Assembly (NCBI GenBank): GCA_041648665.1 | Contig: JBAZOP010000003.1 | Location: 5,082 to 69,081 of the forward strand | Source of the DNA: a bacterium | GTDB lineage: Bacteria; UBA10199; 2-02-FULL-44-16; JAAZCA01 | Length of the DNA stretch: 64,000 nucleotides | Direction of reading: 5' to 3' | In this document: positions 9,096 to 17,964 of the stretch, piece by piece | Numbering within the stretch: position 1 is the first letter of the stretch | How the letters are laid out: each line of letters begins with the position of its first letter | Translations under genes and position numbers: made by a program | The notes under the pieces: model-generated | What the model saw: only the letters and a program-made list of their open reading frames with translations | Told to the model about the DNA's origin: nothing | Databases searched by the model: none

Positions 9096-9620
9096 TTACT
9101 TGGAGATGAGCGTCTTGATCGACGCCGCCGCGACGAGCACGCCGACGACGGCTGCGCCCATGGCGATCGGCTTGGCGTACTTGGTGATCGTCAGCACGAT
9201 GCCCATGTACTTCTTCTCGTAGGCTGCGGCCAGCGTGTTGATCCGCTTCTCGGCGATCGGCAGCGCGATGTTCAGAAGCTCAGGGATCTTCGGCTTGGCT
9301 GCATCCACAAGTCCCGGGATCTTCGGCTTCACCACCGTGTCGATCACTTCGGCCAGCTTCGGCTTCGCCGTATCGATCAGCTCGGGCAGGCGTGCCTTCG
9401 CAACGTCGATCGCCATGTTCGCCACGACGGGGACGACCTGATTGATCTTCTCCTCGACGGGGGGCCACACCGCGCCCAGGATCTGCTGGGTCAGCTGGCT
9501 CGCGAGCGCCGACACGTCCAGCGACCCGGTGACGCTGAACCCGAGCCCCTGAAGGTTCGGGGCGGCTGAAAGTCTGCGAACGGGAGGAGCCTTGGGGTAG
9601 ACCCGGTACATCTCGTACAT
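9096..9620 (-). CDS. hypothetical membrane protein with internal AKPK(I/L)PEL repeats
   Basis: C-terminal TM (IAMGAAVVGVLVAAASI). Repeated TAKPKLAEVID / AAKPKIPELLN units are visible as DNA repeats (gggatcttcggctt). Confidence 0.45.
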   Translation of the reverse strand: MYEMYRVYPKAPPVRRLSAAPNLQGLGFSVTGSLDVSALASQLTQQILGAVWPPVEEKINQVVPVVANMAIDVAKARLPELIDTAKPKLAEVIDTVVKPKIPGLVDAAKPKIPELLNIALPIAEKRINTLAAAYEKKYMGIVLTITKYAKPIAMGAAVVGVLVAAASIKTLISK

Positions 9621-9641
9621 AGGCCTGATTCTACCGCAGGA

Positions 9642-10115
9642 TCACCGGAAACTGAAAGCGATCGGGTCCGCGATGAGAAGCTCGCCGGGCTGGGCTGGCG
9701 CAAGCGAAGCTCCCGCTCTGAACTCCACGCCCTTCCCGCTCTTGCCGAACAGCGTCAGCAGGGACCGCACGTCGGCCCAGGCGCTGTTGAACTCCGCAAA
9801 GACGGTCTTCAGGTCGGGGGCCTTGCACATCTCGATACAGGCCACCAGGACCGAGTTCGCGGCCTTCAGACCCGCGCCAGCCTTCGCCAGGGCGTCGCGC
9901 AAAGGGCCCTTCACGTTTTCGGGCATGGGCACCGTGTCCACGATGCTCTGCACCTGCGCGAGCGCGAAGGCAGCATCCGCAACGATGCTCTCGGTCTTCA
10001 CCAGCACCGGCATCACGACGTTGCACTTGTTGCATCCCGACGTGGTGATCGCCGCGCCGATCAGCCCGGTCACCACCAGCAGCCCAAGCATGAACGAAAC
10101 GAAGAAATGTCGCAT
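9642..10115 (-). CDS. hypothetical secreted protein or lipoprotein
   Basis: N-terminal signal peptide MRHFFVSFMLGLLVVTGLIGAAITTSGC. Confidence 0.45.
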   Translation of the reverse strand: MRHFFVSFMLGLLVVTGLIGAAITTSGCNKCNVVMPVLVKTESIVADAAFALAQVQSIVDTVPMPENVKGPLRDALAKAGAGLKAANSVLVACIEMCKAPDLKTVFAEFNSAWADVRSLLTLFGKSGKGVEFRAGASLAPAQPGELLIADPIAFSFR

Positions 10116-10124
10116 CCTGTCCTC

Positions 10125-10361
10125 CTATTCGGGCATCGGCGGCAGCATGATCCGCGGCACGATGTCGTGCGTGTGAAAGTTCGCGAAGTGCTCGATGCGC
10201 CAGTAGGCCATGTCGGGGCCACGAATGCAGACCCAGTCGAATAGCTCGCCGCACTTGTCGCACTCGGCGTGGATCTGGATCTGCCCGCGCCGCATCCCGA
10301 CCAGCGCGTACTGCACATGCTGCACGCGAGGGTGACGAACCATCTGCACTGCGTTGCTCAT
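10125..10361 (-). CDS. hypothetical protein (78 aa)
   Basis: ORF packed tightly between neighbours. Contains a CDKCGE pair. Confidence 0.35.
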   Translation of the reverse strand: MSNAVQMVRHPRVQHVQYALVGMRRGQIQIHAECDKCGELFDWVCIRGPDMAYWRIEHFANFHTHDIVPRIMLPPMPE

Positions 10362-10364
10362 TCC

Positions 10365-10580
10365 TCAGCCTGCCCCAATATCTTTGCAGAAGCCCCACTT
10401 GAGCTGCTTGCACGCGAGGTACAGTACCACGGCGAAGCTGCCCATGCCTAGAGCTGCCTTCTTGGCCTGCGCCACATCCTCGTTGCTCATCTCCGGAGCG
10501 TCCTGGACGATCTTGATTGCGGCGATCGCGCCCAGCCCAACGATGAGGCCTCCTGCGAGCTGTTGGCGGGTCAGCGTCAT
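10365..10580 (-). CDS. small two-TM membrane protein (holin-like topology)
   Basis: 71 aa (MTLTRQQLAGGLIVGLGAIAAIKIV...GSFAVVLYLAC). ATG overlaps the upstream stop (ATGA). Confidence 0.4.
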   Translation of the reverse strand: MTLTRQQLAGGLIVGLGAIAAIKIVQDAPEMSNEDVAQAKKAALGMGSFAVVLYLACKQLKWGFCKDIGAG

Positions 10581-11158
10581 TTGCTCGCACTCGCCGCCGG
10601 GACCGGCTTCGACGTTGTCCTGGCGACCGCGACGTTGACCGCGTAGGTCGCCACCGATCCGACGATGAGCATGGCGAGGCCCACAACGGCTGTGAACCGC
10701 GCCTTGCTCCACTCGAACTTCTGCGTCTTGAGCACCATCTGGCTCGCGTGCGCCGCTCCCAGCTTGCTCTCCAGGTCTCGGATATAGAACACCTTGCTGT
10801 TCTCGGACATGTCCTCCAACTTCTTGGTGATGTCCGTCTTGCCCTGCTCGACCGCCCCGAGCCGCTGCTCGATCCCGCCGTGCTTGAGCGAACACACGCG
10901 GTCCTGATCGAGCTTCATCTCGGTGAAGCGCCGATCCACTTGCTGGGTGTGGCTGGTCAGTGTGGAGTTCAGCGCGATGACACCGTCCGCGGCATGCGTG
11001 GTTGCGGCCATGATCTTGCCGAACATCTCCGTGATCTCACCGCCGCTGTCTCGCACACCCTGGAGTCCTTCCTTGATCTCCTTCAGCTCACGACCATGCG
11101 CCGCGAGAATCACGCTATGCTTCGCGACCGTTGTCTCAAGAGGTTCCGGAGGGGCCAT
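10577..11158 (-). CDS. membrane protein with coiled-coil segment
   Basis: 193 aa with a C-terminal TM (AVVGLAMLIVGSVATYAV). Confidence 0.45.
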   Translation of the reverse strand: MAPPEPLETTVAKHSVILAAHGRELKEIKEGLQGVRDSGGEITEMFGKIMAATTHAADGVIALNSTLTSHTQQVDRRFTEMKLDQDRVCSLKHGGIEQRLGAVEQGKTDITKKLEDMSENSKVFYIRDLESKLGAAHASQMVLKTQKFEWSKARFTAVVGLAMLIVGSVATYAVNVAVARTTSKPVPAASASK

Positions 11159-11468
11159 CGTTGTTACCTGCGTCTTTCGCGGTTGGTTTGTCGTCTGACA
11201 GAGGCGCGGCGGGCGATGCCTTCTGTGCGCTCAGCAGCGCCTTCACAATCACATCCAGAAGCCACGGCAGCTTGAACGTCCCCTTGCTCATGGCGGGCGT
11301 GACGACCAGAAGGAGCGCCGCATGCAGTCCGTTCCAGACCCTCGCCATCGTGTGGTTCTTGGGCTGGGGTAGCTGAGCCCAGGCGACGTTGAAGATCGCC
11401 CACGCGATGACCGCGACCTCCAGCGGGTGAGCCGAGATCCATGCCCAGATTGCCAACAGGTACGTCAT
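11136..11468 (-). CDS. small membrane protein
   Basis: Two hydrophobic helices (LLAIWAWISAHPLEVAVIAWAIF; LHAALLLVVTPAM). Confidence 0.45.
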   Translation of the reverse strand: MTYLLAIWAWISAHPLEVAVIAWAIFNVAWAQLPQPKNHTMARVWNGLHAALLLVVTPAMSKGTFKLPWLLDVIVKALLSAQKASPAAPLSDDKPTAKDAGNNDGPSGTS

Positions 11469-11471
11469 GTT

Positions 11472-12788
11472 CTACTCCGTGTACTTGTCCCACAGCAGCT
11501 TGCCGATGAGCCCGACGAGCGCGAAGCCGCCGACGATCTTGGCCTTCGCGATCAGCTTGGCCCGCTCGATTTCGTCCAGGCTGAACAGGTTCGTGAACAC
11601 GCCCTCCATGACGCAGGCTTCGGCGTCATCCTGTCCGAATGCGGATAGGCCTATCGGCACCAAGCGTTTCGGGTTGCGCTTGATGATGGTCCCCGTGGGG
11701 CCTCGCCTGGGCGCGACTAGCGAAGCGGCAGCTTGCAGCCCGAGAACCTTTCCGGACAGCCCTTCGAGCGCGCCCTTGGTGCATTCAGTCTTCCAGCGTT
11801 CGGCGAGCACGGTGCGCACGACTTCGCGCTGAATCACCTCGGCCTGGAACTCGTGGGCCGGGCCGCTGCTGATGACAGCGCGGCTGCACCCTGGTTCGGG
11901 TGACTGATCCTTCACGGCGACCCCAAGCGTGATGAAGTTGCCGATGGCCTCGGCGCGCGTGACGCCGTAGGGCGCGCGAAACATCGCCTTGTGCGGGCAC
12001 CCCTGCCACGCCGGGTACGGCTCCGTCCAGTACGTGCCCTGCTCGTCGGTATTGTAGCCAACGGGCCAGCTCTCCCGCGCCCCTTCCTCGACGAACAGTG
12101 CGGCTGGGTACAGAGACCCTTCGGGCCGATAGTCGCCAACGTCCTGCTTGACCAGCGAGATCAGCTTCGTGGCGGCTTCCGTGGTGGATGCGTAGGCATC
12201 ACCCGGCACCACCTGCGAGTGCGACACGACCATGCACTGCTTGCCCTTGGCCGCTTCGGCGGCAAAGGCCCTGATGTTGTCGAAGTCAGCGTCGCGTACG
12301 AAGTCTTGCACCAGCGCGCCATCGATTCGCTCGTTGAACTGACGCGCGCGCGCCATGTCCACCAGCTTCGTGTCCCACGACGCGTGCATGCCGTCGCAGT
12401 AGTACACGAAGTCCACGAGCGCGCGATCCGCCGGGTTCGCAAGGATCTCGCTCACCGCGCCGCACCCGGCTGAAAAACCCATGATGCCCACGCGACCGAT
12501 GGTGTAGCCCTTCGGGATCCTCAGAACTCCCGACGACCCGAGCACCCGCTTCTTCAGCCAAGGAGCGACGAACAGCCCGCCGTTCTCATCCTTGAACGAC
12601 TTGACGGCAGCTTTGTAGTGTCCGCTGCCAACCATGCCGCTCGTAGCGGGAAGCGGCACTTCGGTGACGATCGGCGTGGGGGCGTTGCCCACGCTGTACA
12701 TCCACAGCGTCTCAAGCCAGTCGCCCATCAGCGGCTTCGCCGAGTAGGCCGTGATCAGCACGTCGATGTACTTCGCCATGCCGCCCAT
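11472..12788 (-). CDS. alpha/beta-hydrolase fold serine esterase (paralog of 5690-6523) with C-terminal TM anchor
   Basis: GFSAGCG nucleophile elbow followed by CDGMHASW, the same arrangement as the other esterase. C-terminal TM (IVGGFALVGLIGKLLW). The track ORF begins at a TTG at 12815; ATG at about 12788 is preferred. Confidence 0.55.
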   Translation of the reverse strand: MGGMAKYIDVLITAYSAKPLMGDWLETLWMYSVGNAPTPIVTEVPLPATSGMVGSGHYKAAVKSFKDENGGLFVAPWLKKRVLGSSGVLRIPKGYTIGRVGIMGFSAGCGAVSEILANPADRALVDFVYYCDGMHASWDTKLVDMARARQFNERIDGALVQDFVRDADFDNIRAFAAEAAKGKQCMVVSHSQVVPGDAYASTTEAATKLISLVKQDVGDYRPEGSLYPAALFVEEGARESWPVGYNTDEQGTYWTEPYPAWQGCPHKAMFRAPYGVTRAEAIGNFITLGVAVKDQSPEPGCSRAVISSGPAHEFQAEVIQREVVRTVLAERWKTECTKGALEGLSGKVLGLQAAASLVAPRRGPTGTIIKRNPKRLVPIGLSAFGQDDAEACVMEGVFTNLFSLDEIERAKLIAKAKIVGGFALVGLIGKLLWDKYTE

Positions 12789-12828
12789 TGTACGCGCAGA
12801 CTCCGAAACGCCCAAATGGGGCGAGGTG

Positions 12829-13269
12829 TTACACCTTCTCGGGATCAGGACGCTTCGGAGGGACTTCGACCACGAAGCCGTCCGGGCATTTCTCGGGATT
12901 CACCGGGTGTTTCGGCTCAACGTGCAGGCTGTGCCAGTGCTCCTGGATCTTGCCGTCCATGAATGGCGTACCGTCCCACTGCCCGGCGATCTGCTTTCGC
13001 AGTTCATCGATTTTCTCGCACAGGACGTTCTGCGTGTGCTCGAAGTCCCGGCCCATCGCGTTCCAGAGGCGGTACCAGTAATCGCGCTGGTCCGACAGGT
13101 CGCACATCGCCTTGTTCAAACGAAGCATACGGGCGCGAAGCTCGGTCAGCTCCTTCACCATCGCAGGCACGTCGTCGAGCCTGCCAGCGAGCGCAGAGTA
13201 GGCGAGACCGATGCGCTGTGCGAAGACCTTGACGTTCACCAGCTGTTCTCCTTTTTGGGCGCGCACCAT
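12829..13269 (-). CDS. hypothetical protein
   Basis: Preferred start is MVRAQKGE. The upstream part of the track ORF is Arg-rich. An alternative Zn-ribbon ORF (CGLEIYKC...CRKCG) overlaps in another frame. Confidence 0.3.
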   Translation of the reverse strand: MVRAQKGEQLVNVKVFAQRIGLAYSALAGRLDDVPAMVKELTELRARMLRLNKAMCDLSDQRDYWYRLWNAMGRDFEHTQNVLCEKIDELRKQIAGQWDGTPFMDGKIQEHWHSLHVEPKHPVNPEKCPDGFVVEVPPKRPDPEKV

Positions 13270-13446
13270 TTGAGGTGCGTCTCGGCAACGACAGATGCCG
13301 CTGCCATCCCGCCGTGCTTGCCGCAGCGGGCCACGATGATTCCGCATTTGCGGCAGAACACCCCATCGGGGGTTTCCTCTGTACAACGAGGCCCCCCGGT
13401 CGGCTCATCCTCCCCATGGGTGCACTTGTAGATTTCCAAGCCGCAC

Positions 13447-14265
13447 CTACGCCTTCGCCGGTTCTTCCGGAGACGCCTCCGCCACAAGCTCCTCGTCCTT
13501 CTCGAAAGGGTTCTTCCCCTCGAACATCCGCCTGAGCTGCTTGTGTCGGAGAAAGACAAGCTGCGAAAAATCCTTCGAGTCGTCTTCCAGCTCGATACGG
13601 AAGCACGGGCACGGGACATCCTTGCGCGCCCTTGCGGCCACCGTCTCTCCCCAGTGTTCGCTCAGCTGCGAAGGCTCGATGGTTTCGATCCACTCCATCT
13701 TGTAGAGCTTCGTTCCGATGACCACGCTCACCCACGCGCCTATCTGCTGCGGAAAATGGACATAACCGTGCAGCGGCACGATGCTCATGGGAGCTTGGTA
13801 CGGTATCCCATCGTCGTCCTTCGGTTCCACGATCATGAGAGCGCGCCTAACGGCACCCTCTTCGTCGAGCGGCCCATCGAGAAGCAGCCGAATTTCATGA
13901 TCGCAGAAGTTCACAAACACGACGGCTTTGACGGTATCGGGTAGCCACTGGAGAAGCGCGTGTCGCTCATCAACCGGGTTGTCCCTGTGCGACTCCTTCG
14001 CCGGTTCTTCAGCAGCCGCTCCGTACCTTCGCTCCTCTGTCTCACAAGGGCACGGGAACACCACGGCGTCGAACGCCTCGCTTGCCTGAAGCCATGCCGA
14101 CAGCCTGTGGCGGGTCCTTCTGTCGAGCTTGCCGATGGTGCGCATGATGTCGAACTCGTCCAGAATGATCGTGGCCCGACGCTCCTCCGCAGACCCTGGC
14201 ATGTCCTCTGTGGGGATCGAAATGGTTTCTTCGGCAGGCCCATCGAAAATACCGTTGCCCATCAC
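13447..14265 (-). CDS. hypothetical acidic protein with CPC pairs
   Basis: 272 aa. Its C-terminus EASPEEPAKA resembles the C-terminus of the upstream 803-aa protein (EAAPEEPAKE). Confidence 0.5.
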   Translation of the reverse strand: MMGNGIFDGPAEETISIPTEDMPGSAEERRATIILDEFDIMRTIGKLDRRTRHRLSAWLQASEAFDAVVFPCPCETEERRYGAAAEEPAKESHRDNPVDERHALLQWLPDTVKAVVFVNFCDHEIRLLLDGPLDEEGAVRRALMIVEPKDDDGIPYQAPMSIVPLHGYVHFPQQIGAWVSVVIGTKLYKMEWIETIEPSQLSEHWGETVAARARKDVPCPCFRIELEDDSKDFSQLVFLRHKQLRRMFEGKNPFEKDEELVAEASPEEPAKA

Positions 14266-16677
14266 CTACTCCTTAGCCGGCTCTTCCGGAGCCGCCTCCG
14301 CCTCGGGCTCCTTCTGCTGCTTGGCGATGAATTCCGCCTGCACCTTCATGAGCACGCGCCACACGTCGTCCAGGTAGCGCTTGCCCTTGCCGGTTGCCAG
14401 GACAGTCCCGCTGGTCGCCGGGTCACTGCGCAGGCTCGCGACAAACCTGTCCTTCTCGATGACCTGGGGAATCATCACGACGGTGCTCTCGCCGTTCTGC
14501 TCGATGAATGTCTTGACCAACACCTCGGGCGGCACCCTGTGAGAGCACGCCTCCTTGATCGTATTCACGAGCCCAGCAACCTGCTCGCGGTTGATCCCTG
14601 GGATCCAGTCGAACGAGGACCACGGCTCCTTCTTCGGCGCGACGTTCTGCTTGGCCGCGGGCTGCGACACGGGGGTGTCTGCCGCAACGGCCTGAGCCGC
14701 CGTCACAGGCCCCTGCGGAGCCTGTTCGATGACCACTGGCGGCGGGTACTGGGGCTGCTGCACGGGCTGCTGCGGGGCCTGCCGCATCGGCTGCTGCGTG
14801 ATGGACGGCTGCGTCATCGGGTTGAACGGGACCGGAGGCATGCCGGGACTGCGCGACGACATGCGGTTGTGCTCGTCTGCGCTCACCTGCGGCCCCGGCA
14901 GGTTGTCGAACGAAGACTGCACGGCTGGCCCCTCGCTGTCGGCGAACTGCACCCGGTGCACACGCCTGGGCGGAGGCAGCATCTGACGAGCCTGCTGCAC
15001 GGGAGGCACCTGCTGCACCTGCACCTGCTGCACAGGAGGACTACCCTTCTGGAGCAAGTCCTTGATCTGTGGGATCAGCGTGTCGGCCTGGGAGATGGCC
15101 ATGAGGATGGCCTTCTGATACCAAGGCGCGTTCGCCGCAGCCGCCGCCATCGCGGCCTCTTCTGGAGTCGGCCCGCCTTCCTTCTCGTCTGTCGCGATCC
15201 CGAGCGCAACGGCGGTCTCCCGAAGCTCCTGCACCTTGTTCAGAAGCGGCTTGTTCTGCTCCGCGAGGTGGGCGTTGACGAGCTGCGCCTTGCTCTGGAG
15301 ATCCGCCACCGTCGCGGCAAGCTGGTTCTGAAGCGCGCGCACCTCGAATCCGTGCGCCGCATCGAGCGTCGTCTTGGTGTTCGTCTCGACCGCCTCGCGC
15401 ATACGCGTTTCGCGATCGTGACTGCGCTGGATGTCGTCGAGCCGCTGTTGCCCGATGCGCTGCGCTTCTTCCATCGACCGCTTGTGCTCTTCGCGAAGGT
15501 AGCGCTCACGCCGATCGAAGTCGTCCTTCAGCTCGCGCTCCCGGCGTTCGATGATCGTATCCTTGTCGCGCATGCGATCTTCAAGTGAAGCAACACGGGT
15601 CTGCATCTCGGACCGAACGCGCTCGACCTCGCGCTCCTTCTCTCTCTTCTCGATCTCGATCAGCCGCTCGAACTCCCGCTGCCTCATCTCCATCTCGCGT
15701 GCGTGCTGCTCCTGCACCGCGCGCATGTCATCGGAGTTCGCCCCGCCGCGCACCGACGAGTTGATCAGCGCAACGGCCTTGACCATCTCGACCATGTCGT
15801 TGGGCTTCTGGCCGATCTCGGCGATCTGCCTGCGCATCTCCATCATCTCGGCTTGCTTGGCTTCGAGCTGACGTTCCAGAAGCGCAACTTGCTGCTGCGC
15901 CATCTCCTTGGTCGAGTCGATCGCGCGCTCCTGCTGACGACCCATCACGCTGAAGACCGTATCGGGCAAGCCCTGCTGAGCCTGCTGCGGCCTGTTTGCC
16001 ATGCGCTCTGCGAAGCTCAGAAATGGCGCGTAGTCTTGCGGCTGCTGTTGCTGCGGCATCTGCATGCGCATGCCCGCGCCTCCGTAGGGGCTGCCACCAC
16101 CCGGGAACGTGAACACCATAGGTCCCTCACTACTCTCGCTGTCTGCGATCGGAAGGCTCTGCATGTTGGGATCGACAGGTACGGAGAACTCCGCAACGGC
16201 AACATCCACCAGCGCGGGAGGCCCGCCCATGTTCGAGCTGTCACCTTGCTCCATCACGCCGTAGACCCGGTACTTGTACCCGCCGTAGAGCCGCAAGAAC
16301 TCCTGCGTGCCGATCATCATGTTGTGCATGCCGACGATACCGGAAACGCGCTGGCGCTGCCCCGTGCCGGGATCGAGATGCCACTCGGGCTCGATGCGCT
16401 GTACGCGCAGCTTGCCGACCTTCCGGAGATCCGGGTACGCGCTGTACATCGTCTCAAGAGATGGGAACTTCGGCACGTTCATGCCGCCGCGGCGACGGCT
16501 GATCTCGGCACGCCGCTCGACATCCTCCATCGGCGCGCGCGACTCGGGAAGCGATCCCATGTCGATCCCGCCCATCGGATCGTACGAAGTAGCAGCAGGA
16601 CCGCCTGATCGACGGCGCGCGGGGAACGGGAGTTCGGGCAGCGGCTGTTCTTCAGCCGTCGTGGGTTCGTCGGCCAT
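14266..16677 (-). CDS. large coiled-coil, Gln/Pro-rich protein (scaffold-like or tape-measure-like)
   Basis: 803 aa. Central heptad-rich region (EMRRQIAEIG...RERELKDDFDRRERYLREEH). C-terminal region has PQQPVQQPQYPPP repeats. ATG preceded by GGTGAGGT and two copies of the 30-bp upstream repeat. Confidence 0.6.
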   Translation of the reverse strand: MADEPTTAEEQPLPELPFPARRRSGGPAATSYDPMGGIDMGSLPESRAPMEDVERRAEISRRRGGMNVPKFPSLETMYSAYPDLRKVGKLRVQRIEPEWHLDPGTGQRQRVSGIVGMHNMMIGTQEFLRLYGGYKYRVYGVMEQGDSSNMGGPPALVDVAVAEFSVPVDPNMQSLPIADSESSEGPMVFTFPGGGSPYGGAGMRMQMPQQQQPQDYAPFLSFAERMANRPQQAQQGLPDTVFSVMGRQQERAIDSTKEMAQQQVALLERQLEAKQAEMMEMRRQIAEIGQKPNDMVEMVKAVALINSSVRGGANSDDMRAVQEQHAREMEMRQREFERLIEIEKREKEREVERVRSEMQTRVASLEDRMRDKDTIIERRERELKDDFDRRERYLREEHKRSMEEAQRIGQQRLDDIQRSHDRETRMREAVETNTKTTLDAAHGFEVRALQNQLAATVADLQSKAQLVNAHLAEQNKPLLNKVQELRETAVALGIATDEKEGGPTPEEAAMAAAAANAPWYQKAILMAISQADTLIPQIKDLLQKGSPPVQQVQVQQVPPVQQARQMLPPPRRVHRVQFADSEGPAVQSSFDNLPGPQVSADEHNRMSSRSPGMPPVPFNPMTQPSITQQPMRQAPQQPVQQPQYPPPVVIEQAPQGPVTAAQAVAADTPVSQPAAKQNVAPKKEPWSSFDWIPGINREQVAGLVNTIKEACSHRVPPEVLVKTFIEQNGESTVVMIPQVIEKDRFVASLRSDPATSGTVLATGKGKRYLDDVWRVLMKVQAEFIAKQQKEPEAEAAPEEPAKE

Positions 16678-16692
16678 GAGCTACCTCACCTG

Positions 16693-16795
16693 TCGCAGAC
16701 ATCGGCCTGTACGCCGTTGGTTTTGATAGCTCATCGAGCTTGGCGAATCCGTCATCGAAGCCGTGTTGCAGATATCGGCCTGCGCGCCATTGGTT
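16693..16795 (-). promoter_or_regulatory. two copies of the 30-bp conserved upstream element, 73 bp apart, 15 nt upstream of the ATG of the 803-aa gene
   Basis: 16693-16722 and 16766-16795 match the consensus TTGCRGAYATCGGCCYGYRCGCCRTTGGTT on the plus strand. Confidence 0.5.
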
Positions 16796-16829
16796 TCGAT
16801 CGCTACGGGATCGTCGGCCATGATCCACC

Positions 16830-17282
16830 TCAGTTTGGTTCAGGCTCGTCGGGCTCTTCTTCGATGACGAGATCCTTGACACCCTCGATGACAGATTCAC
16901 CAAGCTCGATGAGATCGGCGAGCTGCGCAGCGATCGGAAGCCCCTGCTTCTTGGACTCCGCATGCTGCGCCTTGAAAATCTCAACGGCCTTCTCGACGAA
17001 GGCGAGGATCTTGTCGGCGTCTTCCTGTTCGAGCTGGCTCGCGCCTTCGGCCTCTTCGAGATCCGCGATCGCGTCTTCGTGGCGCACAACGGCGGCGGCG
17101 CACACTCGCACGTCTTCGGCCAGCATCTTGAGGTTCGGCAGAAGATCATCCTGGATGAAGTCGTGCAGATCGCGAGACCCCTCGTCGGTCTTCACGTCGT
17201 TGTCGATCTTCTTCGCGAGCTTGTCGAGATTCTCCAGCACCATGTCGATCTTCAGCACATCGCCTTCGGTCTCGTCACTCAT
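16830..17282 (-). CDS. hypothetical highly acidic protein
   Basis: 150 aa rich in D/E (coiled-coil-like). Confidence 0.5.
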   Translation of the reverse strand: MSDETEGDVLKIDMVLENLDKLAKKIDNDVKTDEGSRDLHDFIQDDLLPNLKMLAEDVRVCAAAVVRHEDAIADLEEAEGASQLEQEDADKILAFVEKAVEIFKAQHAESKKQGLPIAAQLADLIELGESVIEGVKDLVIEEEPDEPEPN

Positions 17283-17922
17283 CGGTCACCTCTTGGAACT
17301 CATCCTTGTCGAGAACCTTCTTGCCCGCTTCCACATCTTCCTTCGTCTTGAACATGCGGTAGCCCTTGATCTTGCGCGGAGCCTCGCGATCGCCAGAGCC
17401 CGCGCCCTCGACGATGACGCGCGCCTTGCCGATCTCGATCTTCTCCGCGTCGATCGCGTCCAGCACGTTCGTCGCCGCGGGATCAGGCGGATCGCGGAAC
17501 TCGCAATCGAAGATGGCCGAGTCCTTCAGACACATCGCTGCGCCATTGATACCGCGAAGCGCTTCGACGGTGCAGAACCGCTCGATGAGCGCAAGGTCGG
17601 GAATGTCCGGGCTGATCACGCGCTGCCTCTTGTAGAAGCGGCACTTACCGAGCCGGGTCAACCGGCCCTTCTTTGGATCTGGCTCTTGTTCCAGACACGA
17701 GAACGTTTGCGGGCACAGCGGAGGAGGAAGTGCCTGAGAGAAGGTCCACGGCGGATCCTTCTCGATCGGCATACCGTCCGGTCCGTCTCGGTACTCGGGC
17801 TGCGCAGGCCGGAATTGCTCGAAGATGCTGCCGCCGGGAGTCGGGCTTCCGGTTTCAGTCTCCTCTTCGTCGGCTTGTTCTGCTAGTGTCTCGTCCTGTT
17901 CGATCGTGGGGTCATCAGCCAT
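17275..17922 (-). CDS. hypothetical protein with acidic N-terminus
   Basis: Begins MADDPTIEQDE, similar to MADEPTTAEEQ at the start of 14266-16677. Two copies of the 30-bp repeat lie upstream. Confidence 0.5.
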   Translation of the reverse strand: MADDPTIEQDETLAEQADEEETETGSPTPGGSIFEQFRPAQPEYRDGPDGMPIEKDPPWTFSQALPPPLCPQTFSCLEQEPDPKKGRLTRLGKCRFYKRQRVISPDIPDLALIERFCTVEALRGINGAAMCLKDSAIFDCEFRDPPDPAATNVLDAIDAEKIEIGKARVIVEGAGSGDREAPRKIKGYRMFKTKEDVEAGKKVLDKDEFQEVTDE

Positions 17923-17964
17923 GACGCACGTTGTCGCAGGAAACGCACAGCGTGTCAACGACGA

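Noticed and set aside
13960-15588. 542-aa plus-strand ORF, and the similar ORFs 8102-9109, 9051-9569, 16717-17886 and 1602-2519
   Set aside because: They lie antisense to well-supported minus-strand genes. Their Arg/His/Leu-rich low-complexity translations are typical of antisense frames in high-GC DNA.
16652-17149. ORFs that translate through the 30-bp repeat copies, including the 46-aa ORF MADDPVAIETNGAQADICNTASMTDSPSSMSYQNQRRTGRCLRQVR behind a strong RBS at about 16821
   Set aside because: The repeat copies fall in different frames in different copies, and the 73-bp spacing is not a multiple of 3, so the repeats are not a coding repeat. The short upstream ORF could be a leader peptide, but I cannot support that.
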